A stretch of DNA of 63,209 nt from Pseudomonadota bacterium. Its GTDB lineage: Bacteria > Myxococcota_A > Polyangia > Polyangiales > JAFGIB01. Positions 17,504 to 25,859 of this stretch are shown in pieces (position 1 is the stretch's first letter; each line of letters opens with the position of its first letter). The notes below the pieces were generated by a model, which worked only from the letters and a program-made list of their open reading frames with translations, made no database searches and was not told where the DNA came from. The stretch spans positions 1-63,209 of the forward strand of contig JADGRE010000005.1 of the NCBI GenBank assembly GCA_017881185.1. Reading direction: 5' to 3'. The position numbers and the translations under genes were made by a program.

Positions 17504-18346
17504 ATGCTTGGCATGGGCGACGGGCTGCGAGCCCGCAGGTGCGCGGTGATGGTGGCGGTGTCACTGACCTTCGCGTTGGTGAGTAGCGCTCGTGCGGACG
17601 ATCCGCGCAGCAGCTATCTCATCAAGCTGCTCGAGAGCTCGTCTCAGTTCCGTGTGCGCGCACAGGCCGCGATCTCCCTGGGCGGGGTCGACGGATCGCC
17701 TGCCGTCGTGAATGCGCTCGGCGAAGCGCTGCGCGATCAGCACCCCGCCGTGCGCGCAGCCGCAGCGAACTCGCTCGGTCGCGTCGGCGACAAGACTGTG
17801 GCCGCGCGGTTGCGCGCGCTCGACAAGGATCCCGAGGAGCCCGTCCGAAGTGCCGCGAAGATGGCGTTGGCGAAGATCGACTCCAGCGCCAGCTCCGTCG
17901 CGACCACCCAGGCGCCGGCTCCGACCCCCAGTGGCCCGCCCCAGTACTACGTTTCGGTTGCAGAACCCGCCAGCCGGGTTGCCAGCGTCGACCACAAAGC
18001 CCTGGCTCAGGCCCGCGACTACATCAAGCAGCGCGTGCTGGAGATGCAGGGCGTAGTGCTCGCGCCCGACGCCGAGGGCTCCGCCGAGGCCGAGAAAGTG
18101 CTCAAGCACAAGCGTCTCAAGGGCTACTTCCTCGACAGCGCGATCACCAGCGTCGAGAAGAAGCCGGATGGCGCGACGCGTGTCGCGGTCTCAGTCATCG
18201 TGGCCACGTACCCCGGTCGCGACATGCGTGCCATCATGCAGGGTGCTGCGACCGTCAGTGGGGGGGGCAGCCAAGACTACGGACAGGCACTCCAAGGCGC
18301 CTTCAGCGGAGCGCTGAGGCAGCTGCCACAGGCCATGAACCGATGA
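17504..18346 (+). CDS. exported HEAT-repeat protein
   Basis: Signal peptide ending ARA-D; 'RVRAQAAISLG', 'LRDQHPAVRAAAANSLG', 'DPEEPVRSAA'. Start approximate. Confidence 0.8.
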   Translation: MLGMGDGLRARRCAVMVAVSLTFALVSSARADDPRSSYLIKLLESSSQFRVRAQAAISLGGVDGSPAVVNALGEALRDQHPAVRAAAANSLGRVGDKTVAARLRALDKDPEEPVRSAAKMALAKIDSSASSVATTQAPAPTPSGPPQYYVSVAEPASRVASVDHKALAQARDYIKQRVLEMQGVVLAPDAEGSAEAEKVLKHKRLKGYFLDSAITSVEKKPDGATRVAVSVIVATYPGRDMRAIMQGAATVSGGGSQDYGQALQGAFSGALRQLPQAMNR

Positions 18347-18439
18347 CTCGCCACTGGCTCCAACCGCGCAGCACAAATTGAGTCGCCGCAGGCCCGATAT
18401 GACACACTGCACAAGCGCCAGGTTCGATGGGAGCTCCAG

Positions 18440-19066
18440 ATGACCGCGACCACCCAACGTCTGTCACAGTCGGCCGGTCCCCCGGTCAAGCGCCGCTTGC
18501 GGAACTACCTGCTCGTCCCGCGCTTCCAGTTCAAATACACGGCCATGGTCGTCGGGGTCACCGTCGTCGTCGCCAGCGTGCTTGGTGTGCAGGCCTACAC
18601 CTACTCCAAGGGCCAAACCGAGATGCTCACCATCAACAAGATGGAGGCCAAGGGCGACGCCATCAGCGAACAGTTCGTGAAGGACATGGAGCGCTACAGC
18701 CAGGCCGAAGATCGCAAGGTGCTCATGGGCATCCTCGGCGGCATCCTGCTCCTGGCCTTCGCGCTCGGCTGCACGGGGATCGTGGTCACGCACAAGCTGG
18801 TGGGCCCCGCCTATCGCATGAAGCAGCTGCTGCGCGAGGTGCGTGACGGCCACCTCAAGGTGCAAGGCCGTCTGCGCAAGGGCGACGAGCTACAAGACAT
18901 CTTCGAGGCGTTCTCCGAGATGATCGTGAGCCTGCGCGCCGCGCAGGAGCAGGAGATCGCATTGCTCGATGCAGCGATCGCGCGCGCCAAGGAAGCGGGC
19001 GTCCCGAGCGAGGCCATCGCCGACGTCCAGCGCGTGCGCGAGCGCATGAAGGCCGCGCTCGACTGA
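18440..19066 (+). CDS. two-TM HAMP-domain protein without output domain
   Basis: 'RNYLLVPRFQFKY'-TM...TM-'THKLVGPAYRM...LRKGDELQDIFEAF'. Confidence 0.8.
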   Translation: MTATTQRLSQSAGPPVKRRLRNYLLVPRFQFKYTAMVVGVTVVVASVLGVQAYTYSKGQTEMLTINKMEAKGDAISEQFVKDMERYSQAEDRKVLMGILGGILLLAFALGCTGIVVTHKLVGPAYRMKQLLREVRDGHLKVQGRLRKGDELQDIFEAFSEMIVSLRAAQEQEIALLDAAIARAKEAGVPSEAIADVQRVRERMKAALD

Positions 19067-19091
19067 GCACGCACTCCTGCAGGGTCGCTGC

Positions 19092-19484
19092 TCAGAAGGC
19101 CCCTTCGTAGTATGTGAGACGAGGCTCTGGCTGGTCGAACACCACAGCCGCCGCGTCGAAGCGCACCTCGCTGGTGGCGGGCTTGGTCTCGCGTAGCCAC
19201 TGGGCAGCTGCGCGCCGGACGCGCGCCACTTTGCCCGGGTCGATCGACTGTGCGGGTGCCATGAAGCGATCGTGGCTGCGCGCACGCACCTCGCAGAACA
19301 CCATGAGTTGGTGCTTGCGCGCGACGATATCGAGCTCCAGTCGACCGACCCGCACATTGCGGGCGACGATCGCGAAGCCCTGGCGTTCCAGATGCTCGGC
19401 CACCAGCGCTTCCGCGCGTTGACCGAGCGCTGCACGCGCATCGTTGCTACGCTGCGTCACGCTTCGTGGGTTACGCGTGCCCAT
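19092..19484 (-). CDS. yraN: YraN (UPF0102) family protein
   Basis: 'LGQRAEALVAEHL...GFAIVARNVR..RLELDIVA...VFCEVRAR...VRFDAAAV...YEGAF'. Confidence 0.9.
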   Translation of the reverse strand: MGTRNPRSVTQRSNDARAALGQRAEALVAEHLERQGFAIVARNVRVGRLELDIVARKHQLMVFCEVRARSHDRFMAPAQSIDPGKVARVRRAAAQWLRETKPATSEVRFDAAAVVFDQPEPRLTYYEGAF

Positions 19485-19516
19485 GTGCGGGCGGGCGCTG
19501 TCGCCTGCAGTTGCCT

Positions 19517-19990
19517 TCAGCTACCCGAGGTGAATGTGCCGTTGCGCACGCAGTAGCTGCCGCGAACGCCAGGACCACCTTGCTCGAGCACGGGCTGGCA
19601 GCTGAAGCCGTCCGGGCACTTGCAGGTGGCGAATGCGCTGTTGCCTGCGTCGCAGCGGCAGGTGCAGTAGACGCGATCGTCACGCATCTTCTGATCCGAG
19701 CAGGTCGGCGGGCACGGCACCTTCGAGGTGGCCGGATCGCAGACGCCGGTGGGCGGCATACAGCCTTCCCGCGGATCGCCCTGCAGGTGGTACACCATAC
19801 AAACGCGAGTCGCGCACTGCACCGAGCTCGACTCGATGTAGGCCTCACTCATTTGAAAGCCATCGGAGGGAACTTGCTCGGGCAAGCAAGGCGCACCCAC
19901 GTCAGGAGTGTTGCAGCCTGCAAGACCAGCGGCGAGCCAGCTCACTGCAACAAGACACAACGACTTTGCATCCAGCCTGGGAAGTCTCAC
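19517..19990 (-). CDS. cglC: Cys-rich lipoprotein, CglC/GltK(AgmO)-like
   Basis: LAGC lipobox; 'VGAPC...YIESSSVQCATRVCMV...YCTCRC...FSC..VL' resembles the recalled CglC Cys pattern; divergent from gltC. Confidence 0.65.
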   Translation of the reverse strand: MRLPRLDAKSLCLVAVSWLAAGLAGCNTPDVGAPCLPEQVPSDGFQMSEAYIESSSVQCATRVCMVYHLQGDPREGCMPPTGVCDPATSKVPCPPTCSDQKMRDDRVYCTCRCDAGNSAFATCKCPDGFSCQPVLEQGGPGVRGSYCVRNGTFTSGS

Positions 19991-20094
19991 GCTAACCCTC
20001 GCGTTTCAGTGTTTCTGAAAAAATGCAGATTTCCAGGCTTCCGAGAATCCCCATGCATGTGTGGGCGGGGAAGCCTGGGACAGCTGCGCAGCGC

Positions 20095-20124
20095 AGGCTA
20101 CGTTGGGCACGAAGTGAGTGTCAA
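20095..20124 (-). promoter_or_regulatory. sigma70-type promoter TTGACA-N18-TAGCCT for the cglC-like gene
   Basis: TGTCAA at 20119-20124 and AGGCTA at 20095-20100 on the + strand. Confidence 0.65.
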
Positions 20125-20172
20125 GGCGTTGTGTGAGGGCTGGTCGATCCTTGCACAGGGCGGCGTTTTCCC

Positions 20173-20202
20173 TTGACAAGCCGATTTTTTGCTTTCTATG
20201 AT
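20173..20202 (+). promoter_or_regulatory. sigma70-type promoter TTGACA-N18-TATGAT for gltCDE
   Basis: Near-consensus hexamers with an AT-rich spacer. Confidence 0.75.
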
Positions 20203-20358
20203 GGCGCGCGCTGCCGCTTGTAACTCATCGAATTTGCAGCTCTTTTTAGCAAGTGTTGGAACGAGGCGGCGGTTGACACGCGGTGCTGATACGGGCTGGC
20301 TTCGGGAAGACTGACTTCATCACTCACGAGTCGTCGCGCAGACGATGGAGATACGCGG

Positions 20359-22029
20359 ATGTGCAGAAACCGAACACTCTGGTCGACTGTCTTCGGGGCG
20401 CTCGCATGCATGGCTGTGGCAGGCCATCCGGCGCTCTCTCGTGCGCAGGACATGCAGTTTGGCGTAGAGGAAACGGGAAACGCCGGGCCAGCCACGCCGC
20501 CAGCCGAGGGGCCGCCATCAGAGGCGCTCGGTAACGCACTGCGTTTGTACACGCAGGAGCGCTATCAAGAAGGCGCTGTGCAGTTCCAGCGTGTGGTCGA
20601 AGGCGAAACGCCCGACGCGCCTGCGAACGTGCAGAAGGCGCAGTTCTTTCTCGGCAAGTGTCTCTATCACTTGCACTACTACCAATCCGCGCTCGCGCTG
20701 TTCGACGAGATCTCGGAGCAAGGTCGCAAGCACTTGTTCTTCGATCAGACTTTGCAGTGGCTCGCGCAGCTCGCGTCGCAGCTGCCGGAGCCCGCAGGCA
20801 TCATCGACAAGATCGGTCGCTTCGGTGTCGATCAGCTCGAGCAGTTCAACAACGCCGACAACGCCGACCTGTACAACCAGCTGCTCTATTTGATGGGCCG
20901 TTCGAAGTACAACCAGGGCGAGTTCGACAAGGCGATCGCTCTGTTCGAGAAGGTCGACAAGCGCAACAAGTGGTACATCAAGGCGCGCTTCTTCGAGGGC
21001 ATCTCGTACATCCGCATGCGCAAGGCGCAGCCGGCCGCCACGGCGTTCCGGTCGATCATCAGCGCGATCGACGACGGTGAAGTCGAGGGCGTCGACGACC
21101 CGGAGCGCATGCGCGACCTCGGGTGGATCTCGCTGGCGCGCGTCTACTACACCGCTGCCAACCGCACGATGCCGGACGGCGAGCGCAAGGTCGACGGCGT
21201 GCTGCTCGGCAACGCGGTCGAAGCCTGGACCAAGATCGATCCCGAGAGCGAATACTGGCTCGACTCGCTGTTTGAAGCGTCGTGGGCCTTCTTCCTCGCG
21301 GATCAGTACTCGCGTGCGCTCGGCAACGTGCACACCTTGAACTCGCCGTACTTCAGGGAGTCGTTCTATCCGGAAGCGCTCGTGCTCAAGGCGGTGGTGT
21401 TCTTCTCCAACTGCCAGATGTCGAACGCGACCGCGGTGGTGCAGCAGTTCCACGAGCGTTACGATCCGGTGAAGACGAAGCTCGACGAGATGCTCGAGAA
21501 GTACAAGGACAACGCCCAGTTCTTCGAGTTCTTGAAGAAGATCCGCGCGGGCGAAGCGAACCTGCCCAAGGAAGTGCGCGGTATCATCACCTCGGCGCTG
21601 TCCGATCGTTCGGTGCTCGCGAATCTCGAGTACGTGAGCTTGCTCGAGCAGGAAGAGAAGGCGCTGAGCAAGTCTCCGTCGCAGTTCTCGAGCTCGTCGC
21701 TCGGTGCGCGCATCTTGCAGGACATCCTGGTCGCGAAGTCGTTCGCGGTGGATCAGGCCGGTGACATCGCCAAGGCCCGCTACAACCGTCTGATCGACGA
21801 GATGCAGGACCTCTCCAATCAGATCGACACCGTCGAGATCGAAACCCTGAACTTCCAGCGCGGTCAGCTCTCGCAGGCGTTGCAGGCGCAGCAGACCGCG
21901 GCCGGTGAATCCACCGGTGGTCAGGTCTTCGTGTCATCGGAGCACAACGTGTGGCCGTTCAACGGCGAGTACTGGCGTGACGAGCTCGGCTACTATCGCC
22001 AAGAAGTCACTTACAAGTGTGGAAGGTAA
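20359..22029 (+). CDS. gltC: gliding motility TPR protein GltC
   Basis: Signal peptide; TPRs; 'SLFEASWAFF...ALGNVHTLNSPYF...YPEA' and terminal 'WPFNGEYWRDELGYY...C' signature. Confidence 0.85.
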   Translation: MCRNRTLWSTVFGALACMAVAGHPALSRAQDMQFGVEETGNAGPATPPAEGPPSEALGNALRLYTQERYQEGAVQFQRVVEGETPDAPANVQKAQFFLGKCLYHLHYYQSALALFDEISEQGRKHLFFDQTLQWLAQLASQLPEPAGIIDKIGRFGVDQLEQFNNADNADLYNQLLYLMGRSKYNQGEFDKAIALFEKVDKRNKWYIKARFFEGISYIRMRKAQPAATAFRSIISAIDDGEVEGVDDPERMRDLGWISLARVYYTAANRTMPDGERKVDGVLLGNAVEAWTKIDPESEYWLDSLFEASWAFFLADQYSRALGNVHTLNSPYFRESFYPEALVLKAVVFFSNCQMSNATAVVQQFHERYDPVKTKLDEMLEKYKDNAQFFEFLKKIRAGEANLPKEVRGIITSALSDRSVLANLEYVSLLEQEEKALSKSPSQFSSSSLGARILQDILVAKSFAVDQAGDIAKARYNRLIDEMQDLSNQIDTVEIETLNFQRGQLSQALQAQQTAAGESTGGQVFVSSEHNVWPFNGEYWRDELGYYRQEVTYKCGR

Positions 22030-22034
22030 CTGAC

Positions 22035-25000
22035 ATGCGACGAACGCCACTTTCGATCTCGCTCGTTACCGCCCGGGTCATCTCGGTCTGGGCCGTCATA
22101 GGTCTGTGCGTGCTCGGTGTTTCGGCCAGCGCGTCAGCTGCACCCAAGAAGGGCGCCAGCAAGCCCAGTAAGGCGGCGAGTAGCAGCAGCTCGCGCTCGT
22201 CTTCGTCGACCGCCGCTCCAGGCGAAGACGAAGGTGACAAGGACGAAGGCAAGAACGTCAACGCTAGCTTGGGCGCGAAAGCGGCCGGCCAGTGGTGCGT
22301 CTCGCCGGATGCGCCCAAGCGCGTCTCCGAGTGTCCGAAGAACACGCCGAAGCAGAACAAGGGCAAGGGCGGTGCGCCCAGCTCCAAGCTGCAAGAGGCC
22401 AAGCGCAAGGTCGAGCAGCCGAAGGGCTTCAAGGCTGGCGGACCGTCGATCGAGCTCGACGTGGCCACGCTGCGCAACAAAGAGAAGACCGAGAAGAAGG
22501 CCAAGGATCTGCTGCTGCGCGAGATCCAGGTCACCAAGCGCCTGATCAAGAACACGCGCATCCAGGACAACCGTCGCCCGGACTTCTTGCTGCGCTTGGC
22601 TGAAGGCTATTTCGAGCTCGTGCAGGTCGCGACCAGCGACGTGCGCAAGCTCGACGAGCCGATCCACCAGGCGTGCCAGGTCAAGAAGGACCGCGGTCAG
22701 TGCACTGCACTGATGAAGAAGCAGAAGGACTCGGAGGGCGATCTCGCGCAGACGCGCGAAGACAACATCACGACGTTGGCGATGTTGGTCAAGGACCACC
22801 CCAACTTCAAGAAGATGGACGAAGTGCTGTTCTCGCTCGGCTTCTCGCTCGACGAGATGAAGCAGTTCGATCGCGCGCGGCAGGTCTACCACCGCCTGAT
22901 CAAGAGCTACCCGCAGAGCGATTACATCCCGAACGCGTACCTGTCGTTCGCGGAGTATTACTTCCAGCAGGGCGACATGAAGGCCGCCCAGCAGTTCTAC
23001 CAGAAGGTCACGGAGATCCCGCCGGAGAAGAACAAGGTCTACGGCTACGCGATCTACAAGCAGGCGTGGTGCTACTACAACCTCGAGGACTTCAAGGCCT
23101 CGTTGCAGAGCTTCATCGAGACCATCCAGTTCGGAACGCAGAATCCAGAAGCGCCGAACGTCGAAAACCTGGTTCGCCAGTCACGCAAAGAGCTCGTGAT
23201 GCCGTACGCGCAGGTCGGCAGCCCGGAGCGCGCGCTCGAGTTCTTCAAGCGCTACGCGAAGGACGACGACCAGGCCTACACGATGTTCGAGAGCCTGGGC
23301 GAGCTGTACTTCGACACCGGCAAGTGGCCTGAAGTCATCGCCGTCTACCACGGCCTGATGGCAGCGCGTTCGAGCGACGACAAGGTCTGCTACTGGCAGA
23401 CGCGCGTCACCAACGCCATCGTCTCGTCCAAGCCAAAGGCGCAGCAGGTCACCGAGGTCGAGCGCATGATCGACCTGTACGACACGTACCAGCAGGGTAC
23501 GCACAAGGAAGACGCCAAGAAGACCTGCAAGCAGGCGGCGGCTTCGGTGCTCATCGACCTCGCCACTGCCTGGCACCGTGAAGCGATCGGTACCGATACC
23601 CAGCCGGGTACCAACGATCGCAACACGATGGAGTTCGCATCCAAGCTCTACCGGCTGCTCCTGAAGGAGTTCCCGGAGATGGAGTCGATGGAGTTCCCCG
23701 ACATCGACAAGCGCGATTGGCCGACGCAGTACAAGGTCGCGTACTTCTACGCCGAGTTGCTCTGGAAGATGGAGAACTGGGGCGAGTGTGGCCCCGCGTT
23801 CGACAAGGTGCTCGAGGTCAACCCGGCAGGCGAGTTCACGGCCGACGCCGCGTACGCTGCCGTGCTTTGCTACAACAAGCAGTACCAAAGCTCGTTCGCC
23901 CAGAACGAGAAGTCGGTGCGTGGCAAGGACGACAAGGGCAAGGGCAAAGGCAAGGGCAAGAAGGACCAGAGCAAGGAAGATAAGAGTGCCGAGTACAAGG
24001 CGAAGGAATTCTCGCCAACGGAACAAGGCATGCTCAACGCCTTCCAGCGCTACATCTGTTTCGTGCCCGACAGCGAAGATCTCCCTCAGATCAAGTATCG
24101 GCGCGCGCGCATCTACTACGAGACGAATCACTTCGAGGAAGCCTCGATCCTCTTCAAGGACATCGCGTTCAACAACAAAGACACCGATCTGGGCGTCTAC
24201 GCGGCGAACTTGTATCTCGACTCGCTCAACGTGCTCGGTACCTACAGCGATCCGGCACGTCCGGCTTGCTACGACGACATGAACGAGAGCATCGAGCCTC
24301 TGTTCGGCCTGTACTGCGGAACACCGGAGAAGCACGAGACGAATGCAGAGCTCTGCAACGTGCTCGAGCAGCTGCGCTGCGACTTGCTGCGTAAGAAGGC
24401 AGAAGCCTTGCAGAGCAACAAGGAGTACAAGGCGTCCGCGACCGTGTACGTGTCGATCTTCCGCAAGTTCCGTGAGTGCGGAAAGCTCGACGAAGTTCTG
24501 TACAACGCCTCGATCAACTTCGAAGCAGCACGCCTCTTGGGCCGCGCGATCAAGGTCCGTAAGGTCTTGATCGACAAGTACCCCGACAGCGAGTGGTCCA
24601 AGCGCGCGCTGTACCTCATCGGCGCCAACTTCCACGCGCTCGCCATCTACGACACTGCGGCTGACTACTACGAGCAGTTCGCGGTGAAGTATCCGGGCGA
24701 AGACGGCAAGGCATGTACGGATGCCGACAAGACCGCGGGCACATGTGCCATCGCACACGAAGCTTTGCAGAACGCCATCTTCTTCCGCCTGGGCCTCGGC
24801 GACGAGGAGAAGGGTGTGGAGGACGGGAAGACGTACGAGAAGAACTACTCGCACAAGTTCCCGCGTGAGACTTCGCGCGTGAAGTACTCGCTGGGCTCGA
24901 TCTACGAGCGCCAGCAAGACTGGAACAAGGTCATCGCGCACTACACATCGTTCATCAACGCGTACAAGAAGACGGCCATGCCGGACGAGTTGATCCAGGC

Positions 25001-25859
25001 CAACGTCACGGTGGGTCGTGCCTACCTGGCGATTGCCGACGCAGCCAACGCCGACAAGCTCAAGAAGATCAAGGACACCGACAAGGACAAGTTCAAGCCT
25101 GCCTTGAGTAACACCAAGGCCGAGCCGTACTTCAAGGCGGCCGCGAAGATCTGGTCAGAGGGCGCGCCCGAAGCCATCGCGAAGAGCGAGCTGCCCGACG
25201 ACCAGAAGGCACGCTCGCTGGCCTACGCCAAGATCGCTGTTGCAGAAGCGCTCTTCAATCTCGCGAACGAGGACTTCGACAAGTTCGCGACCATCAAGTT
25301 CCCTGTCTTCAAGGCGACCGTGGGCGCCAAGGACAGCCTGGACAAGAAGAAGAAGGTCCAGGAACAGTTCCAGAAATGGATGGGCGAAGACTTCGTGAAG
25401 TGGATGGGCGAGAAGGCCAAGGCCCTCGATGCCGCCCAGAAGTCCTACGAGAAGATCTCGGAGCTCAAGGTGCCGCAGTGGGACATCGCCTCGGCGACCC
25501 GCATCGGCGACATGTACCTGTCCTTCGTCGACGACTTCCGTGACGCGCCGGTCCCGCCGACGCTGCAGGGCGACGACGAGCTGGTCGATATCTACTACCA
25601 AGGTCTCGACGAAGCGTCGAAGCCGTGGGTGGAGAAGGCCAAAGGCGCGTACGAGTTCTGCCTCATCACGGCCACCAAGGTGCGTTGGTTCAACGCGTTC
25701 ATGACGCGCTGCGAACAAGAGCTGTTCAAGCTCGATCCGCGCGCCTACCCACGTGCCGCGGAGCTACGCGGCAGCGATACCTATACCTACAGTGCAGAAG
25801 CCAAGCCCGGCATGATCGAGCTCGGCGGTACCGGCGACGAAGACCTGGAGGGCAAGTGA
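22035..25859 (+). CDS. gltD: gliding motility TPR protein GltD (AgmU)
   Basis: Signal peptide; two TPR clusters; C-terminal 'RIGDMY..F...RDAPVPP..L....Y...L...P..EKA..AYE.C' motif; position between gltC and gltE. Confidence 0.82.
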   Translation: MRRTPLSISLVTARVISVWAVIGLCVLGVSASASAAPKKGASKPSKAASSSSSRSSSSTAAPGEDEGDKDEGKNVNASLGAKAAGQWCVSPDAPKRVSECPKNTPKQNKGKGGAPSSKLQEAKRKVEQPKGFKAGGPSIELDVATLRNKEKTEKKAKDLLLREIQVTKRLIKNTRIQDNRRPDFLLRLAEGYFELVQVATSDVRKLDEPIHQACQVKKDRGQCTALMKKQKDSEGDLAQTREDNITTLAMLVKDHPNFKKMDEVLFSLGFSLDEMKQFDRARQVYHRLIKSYPQSDYIPNAYLSFAEYYFQQGDMKAAQQFYQKVTEIPPEKNKVYGYAIYKQAWCYYNLEDFKASLQSFIETIQFGTQNPEAPNVENLVRQSRKELVMPYAQVGSPERALEFFKRYAKDDDQAYTMFESLGELYFDTGKWPEVIAVYHGLMAARSSDDKVCYWQTRVTNAIVSSKPKAQQVTEVERMIDLYDTYQQGTHKEDAKKTCKQAAASVLIDLATAWHREAIGTDTQPGTNDRNTMEFASKLYRLLLKEFPEMESMEFPDIDKRDWPTQYKVAYFYAELLWKMENWGECGPAFDKVLEVNPAGEFTADAAYAAVLCYNKQYQSSFAQNEKSVRGKDDKGKGKGKGKKDQSKEDKSAEYKAKEFSPTEQGMLNAFQRYICFVPDSEDLPQIKYRRARIYYETNHFEEASILFKDIAFNNKDTDLGVYAANLYLDSLNVLGTYSDPARPACYDDMNESIEPLFGLYCGTPEKHETNAELCNVLEQLRCDLLRKKAEALQSNKEYKASATVYVSIFRKFRECGKLDEVLYNASINFEAARLLGRAIKVRKVLIDKYPDSEWSKRALYLIGANFHALAIYDTAADYYEQFAVKYPGEDGKACTDADKTAGTCAIAHEALQNAIFFRLGLGDEEKGVEDGKTYEKNYSHKFPRETSRVKYSLGSIYERQQDWNKVIAHYTSFINAYKKTAMPDELIQANVTVGRAYLAIADAANADKLKKIKDTDKDKFKPALSNTKAEPYFKAAAKIWSEGAPEAIAKSELPDDQKARSLAYAKIAVAEALFNLANEDFDKFATIKFPVFKATVGAKDSLDKKKKVQEQFQKWMGEDFVKWMGEKAKALDAAQKSYEKISELKVPQWDIASATRIGDMYLSFVDDFRDAPVPPTLQGDDELVDIYYQGLDEASKPWVEKAKGAYEFCLITATKVRWFNAFMTRCEQELFKLDPRAYPRAAELRGSDTYTYSAEAKPGMIELGGTGDEDLEGK

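Noticed and set aside
19092-19484. YraN as part of a defence or nuclease system
   Set aside because: It is a widespread stand-alone gene, with no methylase, toxin or cas neighbours.
25625-25858. Upstream extension of the gltE ORF
   Set aside because: It lies inside gltD; the signal peptide starts at ATG 25859, which is coupled to the gltD stop.
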